A stretch of 64,000 nucleotides of DNA, taken from NCBI GenBank assembly GCA_963790205.1, contig CAWBNQ010000014.1, forward strand, positions 288,001 through 352,000, read 5' to 3'. Source of the DNA: Nitrospirota bacterium. GTDB taxonomy: Bacteria > Nitrospirota > UBA9217. Position numbers and translations under genes: made by a program. How positions within the stretch are numbered: position 1 is the stretch's first letter; each line of letters starts with the position of its first letter. Below are positions 40,778 through 50,684 of the stretch, piece after piece. Under the pieces are notes generated by a model that saw nothing but the letters and a program-made list of their open reading frames with translations, did no database searches and was not told the DNA's origin.

Positions 40778-41278
40778 CTATGCCTGCGCTATGTCGTCGG
40801 GACAGATCTTCAGACCGACGCTCCTGCCGAGGATCTCAACGTTCACGCAAAACAGATGTTGATCCTCTTTCTTCATCAGTACGCCTTCGGCGCCTTGGAG
40901 CGGTCCACGCCGTATCGTCACCCGGGCGCCCTCCTGGAACTGCGGGTACACATCAAAGGGTTGGCCGCTTGCGAACACGGCCTGAAGCGCCCGGATCTCC
41001 TCCGGAACGACCGGCGTCGGGTGACCGGGCTCGAGACAGACCAGGGCCACCGTGCCCCTTGCCTTGACCACGCGCTGAAACTCATGTGCAGAGCGCTCCA
41101 GGGAAACAAAAAGATAGCCGGGGAACACGGGAAATTCGACGTTCTTCTTCCGGTCTCTCCACTGCTGCAGTCTCTTCACCGACGGGAGGAAGGTCTCAAC
41201 GCCTTTGCTCATCAGATCATCGCGAGCGATGAATTCGTGCCTGGACTTTACCCAGAGTGCGTACCAGTTGGATCCCAT
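40778..41278 (-). CDS. UpxY-family NusG paralog (transcription antiterminator)
   Basis: WYALWVKSRHE, FLP, QWRDRKK..PVFPGYLFV (NGN domain) and GARVTIRRGPLQGAEG (KOW). Confidence 0.9.
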   Translation of the reverse strand: MGSNWYALWVKSRHEFIARDDLMSKGVETFLPSVKRLQQWRDRKKNVEFPVFPGYLFVSLERSAHEFQRVVKARGTVALVCLEPGHPTPVVPEEIRALQAVFASGQPFDVYPQFQEGARVTIRRGPLQGAEGVLMKKEDQHLFCVNVEILGRSVGLKICPDDIAQA

Positions 41279-41317
41279 GATCGTATCACCCCATGACCGT
41301 TCGCGGCCGCGACCGCG

Positions 41318-42532
41318 CTATCCCGCGCCGACGATGCGTCTGAAAAACCCGCGTATCGTGTCCGCTTCCTTCTGTGGGCTCGCTGCGCTTTCCAGGGCCG
41401 CCTGCGTATCGCCGTTATGCGGTGCCGGCGCCGATGGAGCGGCCGGAACGTTACTCTTCTGCGGGGACTGTTGTTCGTATTTTTCCAGGCGCTCAGGCCT
41501 GTATGCCAAACCGTCACGGTCGCGGGCCTGGACGCGCGCATGCTCCTTCTCGAGGGCCGTTACGCGGAGACTTACATCTTTCAACATCAACCGGATCTTT
41601 TTGTCGCCGTCCAGCCGGTTGGCCGGTTCGGGCGAAACGCTTCGGTCGACCTCTGCGGGTGACGTCCCGCGCGCGTTCAGAAGCGCCTGTTTCCCCGCGT
41701 TCGTGTCATCCTTGCTGCTGTCGCGCGTTTCACCTTGAATTTCCGTGACAATGTCGGCAACCATCTCCTGGTTGATCGTTTTTGTTTCCTCGGCAAAGGC
41801 GGTGAGCAAAAGAAAGTTGCAGAGGATGTTCACCAGCCTCGGGATCCCGGTGCTGAAGGAATAGATCAGATCCATGGCCTCGGGCGAGAACTGCACGGCG
41901 TCGCCGTTCCCGGCGACGGTGAGCCGGTGATGGATATACTCCTCGCATTCCCGCCTCGTGAGCGGGTAGAGATGGCAGACGATACTGACCCGTTGCCGAA
42001 GCTGCCGCAACTCGGCCAGGGAAAGCATCTGGGCGAGCTCGGGCTGGCCCACGAGAATAATCTGGAGCATCTTGGCGTCCTGGGTCTCCAGGTTCGACAG
42101 CAGCCTGACTTCTTCAAGCACCGTTGAAGTCAAATTTTGGGCTTCGTCAATGATGAGGATCGGCGAGCGCCCCTTCCCGTGTTCCTCGACGAGGAACTGA
42201 TTGAGTTCCTTCAGGAGGGTGACTTTGTTCTTTCCAGCGCTGTCCAGGCCGAAATCATCGTTGATCATGGCAAGCAGTTGCTCGAAGTTCACTTTGGTGT
42301 TGAACACCTTTGCCAGGGTGGCCCGGTGGTCGAGCCGATTGATGAAGTCCCTGAGGAGCGTGGTCTTACCCGATCCCACCTCACCCGTGAGCAGCATGAA
42401 TCCCGTCTTCTCCTGCACCACGTAGTTGAGATAGGTCATGGCCTTTTTGTGCGTGGCGCCAAGGAACAGGAAGTCGGGGTTCGGCACAAGCTCGAAGGGT
42501 TTTCTTTTCAAGTCAAAAAAACGTTCGTACAT
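41318..42532 (-). CDS. ExeA-like AAA ATPase, XrtA/PEP-CTERM system associated
   Basis: MYERFFDLKRKPFELVPNPDF, GEVGSGKTT, IIDEAQNL, LVGQPEL, GIPRLVN. Confidence 0.92.
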   Translation of the reverse strand: MYERFFDLKRKPFELVPNPDFLFLGATHKKAMTYLNYVVQEKTGFMLLTGEVGSGKTTLLRDFINRLDHRATLAKVFNTKVNFEQLLAMINDDFGLDSAGKNKVTLLKELNQFLVEEHGKGRSPILIIDEAQNLTSTVLEEVRLLSNLETQDAKMLQIILVGQPELAQMLSLAELRQLRQRVSIVCHLYPLTRRECEEYIHHRLTVAGNGDAVQFSPEAMDLIYSFSTGIPRLVNILCNFLLLTAFAEETKTINQEMVADIVTEIQGETRDSSKDDTNAGKQALLNARGTSPAEVDRSVSPEPANRLDGDKKIRLMLKDVSLRVTALEKEHARVQARDRDGLAYRPERLEKYEQQSPQKSNVPAAPSAPAPHNGDTQAALESAASPQKEADTIRGFFRRIVGAG

Positions 42533-42555
42533 GGAAGTTCCCCTGCTGCCCTCAT

Positions 42556-43380
42556 TTATTTCGCATAATCATGGTAGTACGCGTGGTACGTCGAGCGCCC
42601 CTTCAGACCGTCCGGCCCAACGCCGTTGTAGACGATGCCCAGGATGTTCTCGCCTTTCAGCGCGTCAAGAGCGTCGAGGATGTGCTGCAGCGGGGCCCGT
42701 CCTTCCTTGACGACGAAGATGACGCCGTCTGCGAACGCGCTCATCATCTTCGTCTCGGCAAAGAGCAACACTGGCGGTGTGTCGATGATGATGTAGCGAT
42801 CGGGATACCGGTATTTTATGTCGACGAGTGCTTTCTGCATGCGCTGTGAGGAAACGAGCTCGACCGGATCCTCGCTTCGTTTTCCCGACGACAGGAACGT
42901 CAGGTTCCCGTTGCCGAGCGTGATGAGCGAGGAGCCAATGTCCCGGTCTTCAGCAACACAGTCGGACAGCCCGCTCTCGGGCGTCACTTGGAACAACCGG
43001 TGGAGCGCCGGTTTCCGCAGGTCCGCGTCGATGAGCAGCACGGAATGGTCGTAGTCCTGCGACAGCGAGAGGGCCAGGTTCGCCGCCGTCAAGCTTTTTC
43101 CTTCACCGCCCACAGCGCTCGTCACGAGTATCACGTTCTTCCGCGGTTCCTGCTTTGTCATCCTGATGATCAGTGACTTCAGTTTTTTATACTCCTCGGA
43201 CGCCGGCGAATGAGGTTTGTGGTATGCGACAAGATACGGATTGTCGATCGGTACGGCGCCCGCGGCCGCTTGAGAGATCTTCCGTTGCCGATGAGCATCC
43301 GTCTCCTGGGATCTTCCGCTCCCGGTATGTCCGTCTCGCAGCTTCGATGCCTTCTCCAGGGCATTCTCTATCCTGCTCAT
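42556..43380 (-). CDS. Polysaccharide biosynthesis tyrosine autokinase (Wzc C-terminal/CpsD type)
   Basis: MSRIENALEK, GEGKS, LIDADLRKP, IIDTPP, C-terminal Tyr cluster YHAYYHDY. Confidence 0.92.
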   Translation of the reverse strand: MSRIENALEKASKLRDGHTGSGRSQETDAHRQRKISQAAAGAVPIDNPYLVAYHKPHSPASEEYKKLKSLIIRMTKQEPRKNVILVTSAVGGEGKSLTAANLALSLSQDYDHSVLLIDADLRKPALHRLFQVTPESGLSDCVAEDRDIGSSLITLGNGNLTFLSSGKRSEDPVELVSSQRMQKALVDIKYRYPDRYIIIDTPPVLLFAETKMMSAFADGVIFVVKEGRAPLQHILDALDALKGENILGIVYNGVGPDGLKGRSTYHAYYHDYAK

Positions 43381-43403
43381 GCGCGCGCTCTCCTTTGCAC
43401 CGG

Positions 43404-44771
43404 TCACCAGATTCGTTGCAGCGAAGTCTTGATCTCCGTTTGGGTCCCTTGCACGATATTGTCCACGTAGGGGAGCCCCAGCATCTCGATCAGAACGATT
43501 GCCATGAGGCCCGTCAGATACACCCCGACAGCGGTATAGAGCAGCCGGTCTTTTTTCCGGGTCCGTGCCGCTTCCTGAACGGTCTGTATGGTCGGGATGA
43601 TGGCAAGGACCGGCAGCCCCAGTTTTTTCACCGCTTCGACTGACCGCAGCGAGGTGTCCAGAAGGTCCAGACCGATAACGACGCCGAAACCGGCCGCGAT
43701 CCCTCCCAATATGCCTATCAGGATCATTTTTATGACGTTCCGGCTGATAGGCCTGGTGGGAACGATGGCGGGTTCGACGATCTTGAAGGCGCCGGCCTTG
43801 TCATGGATCTCCACCTGCGTCGAAAACTCTGATTTGCCGAGCGTTGCAAGCAGTTCTTCGTAAATTTTTTTGTTCATATCCCGCTCATGCTGCAGGTCCA
43901 GAAGGCTTTTCTTCCCTGCCGGCACATCGCGCGCAGGGCCGGGTCCCTCTGCGTCTCGAGCAGGCTCACCACGCTCACCATCAGCAGCCATTCCCGCGCC
44001 GGGTGATGTTTCCGTACCACCCTTTTTCAATTTCGTCTGCTCCTGGAGCTGTTCGATCTCCGCCTTTACCTTTATTACTTCCGGATGGTTCTCGGTATAC
44101 TGCATCAGGAGCTCGCTCAGCCTCTTCTGCAAGAGGGTCAGCCGTTCATTCTGCACGACCCATTTATCTTTCCTGATCCTGGCGATCTCCGCCTCGGTCC
44201 GCGCGATTTTTTTCTTAAAGAGATCGATCTGCTCCAGCAGGAACTGGTTCGCGCCGTATACCTCCTCCTGCTTCATGGAGAGATTGTCCGTGATGTAGCG
44301 CCGGATGAGGGCGTTGACATAGTTGCTCGCAAAGTTCGGATCCCTGCCGATGAACGACACGATGAACACGTCCATGTCCTGCCGGTTCCCCGCGTTCGTA
44401 TCGGCCCTGATCTCGGTGGCGTTCTGAAAGCCCCTGACCATGCCCTCGACGTCCTCGGCGCTTCTGTTGTGGACGTCGATGTCAAGGTCGGCCAGGACCT
44501 TCATGAGAAAATTTCTGCTTTTCATGACGATCGAAAGGGCCCTGGTCCTGTCTTCGAACGAAGGCGAGATCGTAACGTTCTTTACCAGGTCGTTGATGAG
44601 GCTCCGCTCGATGAAGATGATGGATTTCGCTTCATAGAGCTTCGGCTTCAGATAAGCGGCGATGACCAGAACGGTCGTGACGATCATGACGATCAGCGCG
44701 AAGAGCACCCGTTTTGTGTAGATCAGGCGGGCGTATTTGCCGATATCGAGTTCAGTCGATTGTTGCTCCAC
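43404..44771 (-). CDS. Polysaccharide chain-length determinant (Wzz/Wzc N-terminal type)
   Basis: N- and C-terminal TM helices, coiled coil, YTENHPEV, FKIVEPAIVP. Confidence 0.9.
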   Translation of the reverse strand: MEQQSTELDIGKYARLIYTKRVLFALIVMIVTTVLVIAAYLKPKLYEAKSIIFIERSLINDLVKNVTISPSFEDRTRALSIVMKSRNFLMKVLADLDIDVHNRSAEDVEGMVRGFQNATEIRADTNAGNRQDMDVFIVSFIGRDPNFASNYVNALIRRYITDNLSMKQEEVYGANQFLLEQIDLFKKKIARTEAEIARIRKDKWVVQNERLTLLQKRLSELLMQYTENHPEVIKVKAEIEQLQEQTKLKKGGTETSPGAGMAADGERGEPARDAEGPGPARDVPAGKKSLLDLQHERDMNKKIYEELLATLGKSEFSTQVEIHDKAGAFKIVEPAIVPTRPISRNVIKMILIGILGGIAAGFGVVIGLDLLDTSLRSVEAVKKLGLPVLAIIPTIQTVQEAARTRKKDRLLYTAVGVYLTGLMAIVLIEMLGLPYVDNIVQGTQTEIKTSLQRIW

Positions 44772-44782
44772 TGCCGCACCCC

Positions 44783-45595
44783 CTAAAAGAGGCCCTCTTT
44801 CACGACGACGTAATCACCCGGCTTGAGCTTGGTATTCTGCCTGAGGTCGCCATCGTTGATCAGCCGATTAATCTTGACCGGAATGGTCACTTCTTGTTGG
44901 TCATCGCCCTTCCGGTAAATGATCGTATCATTCTGGTTCGCGAACTTGTTGAATCCGCCCGCCTCGAGGATCGCTTCCATGACGGTCATGCCTTCACGGT
45001 ATTCGATGAACTTCGGTGCGTTCACGGCGCCCATGACGTACACGTTCTTGTCGGTATTGGTGGGAAGGAAGATAACGTCATTCGGCTCGATCTCGAGGTC
45101 TTCAGCGGTGTCGCCCTGGATGAACAGATGGAAGAAATCGGTCTTGATCTTCTTGCCGTTTCGCAGCACATAGGCCCGTTTGAGGTCCGCTTTCTTTGCA
45201 TCTTCGGTCTGACACAGCAGCTGCAGCAGCGTCGTCCGCTGCGCCAGCGAATAAACGCCGGACTTGACCCCGCCGCCGAAGATGTATACTTTATTGTTCG
45301 TGATCTCCGTCACGATCACCGTTACGATCGGATTTTTAACTATGCCCTTGAGGTTCCCCGTCAGTATCGTCTGAAGGTTCTTGGCAGTCGTATTCGCAGC
45401 CGTCACTTCGCCAAGGGCCGGCAGCGTGATCTTTCCATCGGGCCGTACTTTCACCGCAAGGCTCAGGTCTTTTTCTCCCCAGACCGAGATCTGCAGCGTG
45501 TCACCTTCGCCGATGACGTAGTCGCCTCCGCAGACGACAAGCGGAACGAGGAGCAGCAGTACGAGCGGAAGCAGGGTGCGTTTCCAGAACATCAT
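44783..45595 (-). CDS. Polysaccharide export protein (Wza-like, Poly_export + SLBB)
   Basis: YVIGEGDTLQISVW, VRPDGKITLP, two SLBB repeats. Confidence 0.92.
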   Translation of the reverse strand: MMFWKRTLLPLVLLLLVPLVVCGGDYVIGEGDTLQISVWGEKDLSLAVKVRPDGKITLPALGEVTAANTTAKNLQTILTGNLKGIVKNPIVTVIVTEITNNKVYIFGGGVKSGVYSLAQRTTLLQLLCQTEDAKKADLKRAYVLRNGKKIKTDFFHLFIQGDTAEDLEIEPNDVIFLPTNTDKNVYVMGAVNAPKFIEYREGMTVMEAILEAGGFNKFANQNDTIIYRKGDDQQEVTIPVKINRLINDGDLRQNTKLKPGDYVVVKEGLF

Positions 45596-46962
45596 CTTCC
45601 TCCTCTTCCAAAGAGAACGACCTTGATCGTTTCGAGGACAATCAGAAGATCGAGCAGCGGAGATATGTTCTTAATGTAGTACAGGTCGAACGTCAGTTTT
45701 TCTATTGCATCCTCGACCGACGCGGCATAGGGATATTTTATCTGTGCCCACCCGGTGATCCCCGGTTTGACGAAATGCCGCTCTGAGTAGTAAGGGATGA
45801 TCTGTTGCAGCTTCTCGACGAATTCGGGCCGTTCCGGCCGCGGCCCGATAAGGCTCATATCGCCTTTGAGCACGTTCCACAGCTGCGGAAGCTCATCGAG
45901 ACGCACCTTGCGCAAAACCTTTCCGATGCTCGTAACGCGCTGATCGTCCTTCTGCGCCCAGACCGCCCCGGTCCTGCTTTCGGCGTCTTTGCGCATGGTC
46001 CTGAACTTGAGCAACTCGAAGGGTTTTTCCCGCATACCGACCCGAGTCTGCCTGAATAAGATCGGGAACCCTGAATCGAGCACAATCGTGAGGGCAAGCA
46101 GCGGCAGAAGGGGCAGCGCAACAAGCAGACCGAGCACGGCGGCCGTGATGTCGAAGAGCCGCTTGTACATCCGCATGGCAGATGTCATCCTGAAGCCGTC
46201 GCTGAAAATGATCCAGCTCGGCCGCAGGTTTTCGAGTAGCAGCTGCCCAGTCATCTCTTCGTAAAAAGACGGCGCATCGACGACCTCTATTCCGCTTAAT
46301 TTACAAGAAAGGACGTCGCGCACCGGCAGCGCGCCGCGGCGCTCGGACAGCGAGACCACGATCTTCTGGGCATTTTCACGGCGTACCGCCTCGATCAGTC
46401 CGGCATCACCGCCCACGATGGCCTGGGGAGGCACGGCACAGGTTTCACTATCACAGCTATAATACCCGCGCAGCACATGTTGGTGGTTCGTCGCGGTGAT
46501 AATGCCCCCTATCTTCTGCGCCACGAGACCGGTCCCGAGGACCAGGACCTTTCTCGCCAGTCCGGTGGAATTGATGTAGGCCGTATACACGATGTGCCAC
46601 AGAAGCTGGAAGACGCCGAAAGCGCCGATGGACAGCGCGAAGAAACCCCTCCCGATTTTGACGGCCGGCAGAACATAGTAGAGTGCCGAAAGGAAAAGAA
46701 ACGACAACAGCAGACCCATCGCTATCCTCGCTGCGCGCTCCTTGGTGGTCATTGATTTATTGCTGTTATACAGCTCTACCATAAAGGATGAGAACATGAT
46801 TCCGATGACAAAAAACGGAAGCTGTTCTATCTTCACTTGCAACACTCCCTCAGCGAGAGGAACCATGCCGAATCTGAGGCCGAAACCCGCGTACACGGCG
46901 CACAGGGCGAGAAGAAAATCGCCTAATAACAGTACCAGGATAGTTTTGTCGTTCACTTTCAC
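45592..46962 (-). CDS. Priming undecaprenyl-phosphate sugar phosphotransferase (XrtA-system type)
   Basis: Four N-terminal TMs, [45 protein letters not shown]. Confidence 0.93.
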   Translation of the reverse strand: MKVNDKTILVLLLGDFLLALCAVYAGFGLRFGMVPLAEGVLQVKIEQLPFFVIGIMFSSFMVELYNSNKSMTTKERAARIAMGLLLSFLFLSALYYVLPAVKIGRGFFALSIGAFGVFQLLWHIVYTAYINSTGLARKVLVLGTGLVAQKIGGIITATNHQHVLRGYYSCDSETCAVPPQAIVGGDAGLIEAVRRENAQKIVVSLSERRGALPVRDVLSCKLSGIEVVDAPSFYEEMTGQLLLENLRPSWIIFSDGFRMTSAMRMYKRLFDITAAVLGLLVALPLLPLLALTIVLDSGFPILFRQTRVGMREKPFELLKFRTMRKDAESRTGAVWAQKDDQRVTSIGKVLRKVRLDELPQLWNVLKGDMSLIGPRPERPEFVEKLQQIIPYYSERHFVKPGITGWAQIKYPYAASVEDAIEKLTFDLYYIKNISPLLDLLIVLETIKVVLFGRGGR

Positions 46963-47051
46963 TGCAGCACCCTTTCAGACGGTTGAAAATATTTACCCCG
47001 ATTTACGCTGCGCATCCATAACAGCAACAGTCTCTGCCCTTTCGTATTTCC

Positions 47052-47358
47052 TCACTGTGTCCGTGACCTTGTTCCGCCGTTCAATTGAGAAAGGAGGACA
47101 GTTGCCTGCCGGTATTCCGGGAAATCACCGAGACCGAGAACCTTCTGCAGATATTTTACGGCCGCACCAATCTTGCATCGAAATAGTTTTGGTCCTTTTC
47201 GAGTGCATCCTTGAAAAAGAGGATCGCGCTCCCGGGATTATTCGCTTCAAGGTGCTTCATCCCTTGGGTGAAGAATGCTTCCTTTGCTTTATGTCGATCG
47301 GTGCACCCCCGGCAAAAAGGAGAACAACAGCCAAAGCGATTGAGACCATTTTATACAA
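47052..47358 (-). pseudogene. prsT: Internally deleted, frameshifted PrsT-like TPR lipoprotein remnant
   Basis: Three frames give MYKMVSIALAVVLLFAG / GCTDRHKAKEAFFTQGMKHLEANNPGSAILFFKDALEKDQNYFDARL / AAVKYLQKVLGLGDFPEYRQATVLLSQL*, at the position where prsT is expected. Confidence 0.75.
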
Positions 47359-47734
47359 GGCTGTATCCTCCTTGTGCGGTGATTTCGCCACTTATCACCT
47401 GTTTAACAAGATTTTTGAATTTATCGTAATCGATCGGTTTCATCATGCAGAACGAATTGCCGTAGTTGTTCAGGATATCGATGAGGTTTTCATCGAAATT
47501 GTCGCAGAGGATGATGGTTGGGATGTACCTTTTTTTGATTTCGTAGAACACCGATGTGCAATAAGGATAACTGGTGACGATAAGCCCAATCGCATCATTG
47601 TTCAATTTCGACGAAAGTTCGTTGGTTTGCGAAACCGTGTCCGTCTCGTACCCCACTCTTTCAAGAATGGCCGAACAGATTTTTGAAAAACCGTATTCGT
47701 CTATGATCAGAATACTATTTTGCAGTTTTGCCAT
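47351..47734 (-). CDS. Small atypical receiver-domain protein
   Basis: ILIIDE, GYET, LIVTS (no phospho-Asp), PTIIL, MKPIDYDKF. Confidence 0.8.
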   Translation of the reverse strand: MAKLQNSILIIDEYGFSKICSAILERVGYETDTVSQTNELSSKLNNDAIGLIVTSYPYCTSVFYEIKKRYIPTIILCDNFDENLIDILNNYGNSFCMMKPIDYDKFKNLVKQVISGEITAQGGYSLV

Positions 47735-47746
47735 GGTTGAGATTGA

Positions 47747-47761
47747 GCAAGTTTGATGCCT
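47747..47761 (-). promoter_or_regulatory. Putative sigma54 -24/-12 promoter heading the EPS operon
   Basis: Minus strand AGGCATCAAACTTGC, with correct GG-N10-GC spacing. Confidence 0.6.
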
Positions 47762-48143
47762 GTTTTCTTTAAAGACGGATTATCAATGTGTTATCTGCGG
47801 GAGTTGGCTGTTGTCTTCATTAGTGGCTCCAGAGGAAACACTGTCCCACGCTGCTGGACGATCCCCACTGGTTCCGCTGGATACATTTTCGGTAATATAC
47901 GGAAAATGCATCAGTTTACAAAACGATACTGTTTCCGAGAGACACAGGGCAGGCACGCAACAGCTCCCCGCCATATTAAAAAAAATGGCGCATGATGTTT
48001 CTTCGTAGCGGTGATATCAGACACAAGAATGCAGATTGTTTGTCGAGACCGGAAGCAAGCAGTTGATCCATTAGGGTTTAAACGAATTCGGATTCGTCCT
48101 CTATCGTTATCACACTTGCGCTGCACCTTCTCAAATGGCCAAG

Positions 48144-48157
48144 GGAACAAGATTTGC
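48144..48157 (+). promoter_or_regulatory. Possible sigma54 promoter for glmS
   Basis: GGAACAAGATTTGC, GG-N10-GC spacing, about 130 nt upstream of glmS. Confidence 0.4.
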
Positions 48158-48285
48158 AGCTTATTTATTAACGCTTGTCCCAAGCATATTGTCGTTAGCA
48201 CTAAAAGTTGCAGCAAAGTAAAAGAATCATCCGCCGGGGTTCATTACCCCCTGTGTATCCGTACCATAAATTCACGGAGGGCATC

Positions 48286-50115
48286 ATGTGTGGAATCGTG
48301 GGTTACATCGGTAAGGGCAGATCGCTTCAAATGCTCGTTGACGGACTGAAGAGGCTTGAATACCGGGGGTATGACTCTGCGGGCGTCGCCTTCCTGAACG
48401 GGAAAGGGCTGGACGTCTACAAAACAAAAGGGAAACTATGGGACTTGCAGAAAATTCTGCCTGACCCGCTTCCCAGCGTACGAATCGGCTTGGGGCATAC
48501 TCGCTGGGCCACGCATGGCGTACCCTCGGCGGAAAATGCCCATCCGCACGCTGTCGACGGCATTGCCGTGGTCCACAACGGAATCATCGAAAATTATTGT
48601 GAACTGAGAGCCGAGCTCGAATCAGAGGGGCACACGTTTCTCTCGCAGACCGATACCGAAGTTATCCCTCACCTGATCGCTCGCTCTATCCACCAGGGGC
48701 TCCCCCTCATGTCGTCGATCAAGCAAGCGGTTCAGCGGTTAAAGGGATCCTATGCCCTAGGCATTTTGTGCGAGAAATGTCCCGACATGCTTATTGCGAT
48801 CAGGAAGGGCAGTCCTCTCGTCCTCGGGATTGGGGATGGCGAATTTTTCTTTGCTTCCGATATTCCCGCGATCCTGCCTTATACAAAAAGCGTTATATTC
48901 ATGGAGGATGGGCAACTGTGCGCCCTGACGGCGGAGGGGATTGAGCTTCTCGATCATGCGTCGAGCATGGTTATTCCGGCCACAGATCGCATCGTTACTA
49001 TCGATTGGACGCCTGCAATGGCCGAAAAGGGCGGACATGATCACTTCATGCACAAGGAAATCCATGAGCAGCCCCAGGCGATCATGAACACCATCGGTGA
49101 ATGGATCGATGACCCGCCCAGTATCCTAAACAAGCTCGGTATATATGCCCACCGCAGAGCTGATCTCAGAAGGCTGCATTTGACAGCCTGTGGCACGTCC
49201 TATCACGCAGCGCTCGTCGGCAAATACATGATAGAGAAGCTTGCCCGAATTCCAGTGAGCGTCGACATCGCTTCTGAATACCGGTACCGGGAACCGATCA
49301 TCGAATCCGGTACGCTCTTCATTTCCATAACGCAATCAGGCGAGACTGCCGATACCCTTGCTGCCCAGCGCGAGGCAAAGAAAAATGGCGCAACGACCCT
49401 CACCATCTGTAACGTAGTGGGCAGCACTTCGACACGCGAGGCCGACGCCGTGCTGTATACCCGGGGAGGCCCCGAGATCGGCGTTGCCTCGACCAAGGCC
49501 TTTACTGCTCAGATGGCGGCCCTCTGTATTTTTGGCATTGCCATGGGAATAAACAAAAACCGGATCTCACAGGATGACGCACTACGACTCATCGCCGGAC
49601 TAAAAGAAATTCCAGCGCTCGTGAAAGAAGCAGGCAGCAGGGACCAGGAAATCCAGAAACTTGCCCGTACTTTAATGCACGCAAGGACAGCTCTCTACCT
49701 CGGCAGAGGAATCCACTATCCCATTGCTCTTGAAGGCGCTTTGAAACTGAAGGAGATATCTTATATTCATGCCGAAGGCTACGCCGCCGGTGAGATGAAA
49801 CACGGCCCCATCGCGTTGATCGATAAAAGCGTACCGGTGATCGTCGTGGCCCCCCGGAACAGCTTGTTTGAAAAAACTCTTTCGAACATCGAAGAGGTGA
49901 AGGCACGGGGGGGGCGTGTGATTGCCGTGACCGATTCACCCGGATCTCTCATGAACAAGGCGGACGACATTATAGAAGTGCCGGTCAGCCACCCGCTGCT
50001 TGCTCCCCTTGTAACCGTGATCCCCCTGCAGCTCCTTGCCTACCATGTAGGCGTGCTGAGGGCTTGCGATGTCGACCAGCCGAGGAACCTGGCAAAGAGC
50101 GTTACGGTCGAGTAA
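48286..50115 (+). CDS. glmS: Glutamine--fructose-6-phosphate aminotransferase
   Basis: MCGIVGY, LEYRGYDSAG, GHTRWATHG, SQ-like TQSGETADT, PRNLAKSVTVE; GGAGG RBS. Confidence 0.98.
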   Translation: MCGIVGYIGKGRSLQMLVDGLKRLEYRGYDSAGVAFLNGKGLDVYKTKGKLWDLQKILPDPLPSVRIGLGHTRWATHGVPSAENAHPHAVDGIAVVHNGIIENYCELRAELESEGHTFLSQTDTEVIPHLIARSIHQGLPLMSSIKQAVQRLKGSYALGILCEKCPDMLIAIRKGSPLVLGIGDGEFFFASDIPAILPYTKSVIFMEDGQLCALTAEGIELLDHASSMVIPATDRIVTIDWTPAMAEKGGHDHFMHKEIHEQPQAIMNTIGEWIDDPPSILNKLGIYAHRRADLRRLHLTACGTSYHAALVGKYMIEKLARIPVSVDIASEYRYREPIIESGTLFISITQSGETADTLAAQREAKKNGATTLTICNVVGSTSTREADAVLYTRGGPEIGVASTKAFTAQMAALCIFGIAMGINKNRISQDDALRLIAGLKEIPALVKEAGSRDQEIQKLARTLMHARTALYLGRGIHYPIALEGALKLKEISYIHAEGYAAGEMKHGPIALIDKSVPVIVVAPRNSLFEKTLSNIEEVKARGGRVIAVTDSPGSLMNKADDIIEVPVSHPLLAPLVTVIPLQLLAYHVGVLRACDVDQPRNLAKSVTVE

Positions 50116-50140
50116 TCGTGACAGAGAAAGATGGGGACTT

Positions 50141-50338
50141 ATGCAAGGGATTTGGTTTATAAAGTGTCCACGTTGCGATAACTATATGAAGAAAACGGAC
50201 CCGGAGGACTTATGCCTGTGTTGTGCATGTGGATGGGAAGAAAAGGCGGGCCCGGTTTACTGCGAGCATATCCGTAATTTCTGCGGACATTCCACTACCA
50301 ATTATTATTACGATATCGAACTCGAACCAACGCCTTAG
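50141..50338 (+). CDS. Small cysteine-rich (zinc-ribbon-like) protein
   Basis: KCPRC...CLCCACGW...C..C, 65 aa, GGGGA RBS, directly after glmS. Confidence 0.5.
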   Translation: MQGIWFIKCPRCDNYMKKTDPEDLCLCCACGWEEKAGPVYCEHIRNFCGHSTTNYYYDIELEPTP

Positions 50339-50684
50339 GACCTGTTCACCATCCAAAGAATTAAGGTTAAAGTAATCAGGTAGGCCAAAGCAATTCCATC
50401 AGTAATCGTTATTTTTCCCACTGACTAAGGAAATGACATGCCCGTTGTTAGGTACGCTGTCCTTAGTCCTTAATTGTGAAGGTGCCTGTAGTACATCGTC
50501 GGTATACTTTACATAACTGATACTTCTGAAAAATGGTCATTACATGTCCTTTTATAATAAACACTGATGAAGTATCAAAAATAACAACTACCTGACCAAG
50601 CTGATAAAGGCTATGGAGAAGCAAGTTTTTCGCATGGGTCAAAAAATTTTACAATGCTAAACCGCAAGTAAAAATATACCAATA

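Noticed and set aside
46742..47686. 314 aa + strand ORF
   Set aside because: Antisense to the sugar transferase, prsT remnant and receiver gene, with no recognisable motifs.
47930..48285. c-di-GMP (GEMM) riboswitch or glmS ribozyme in the divergent intergenic region
   Set aside because: Only a short cacagggca resemblance; the expected GAAA tetraloop/receptor architecture was not seen. An Infernal/Rfam scan would settle it.
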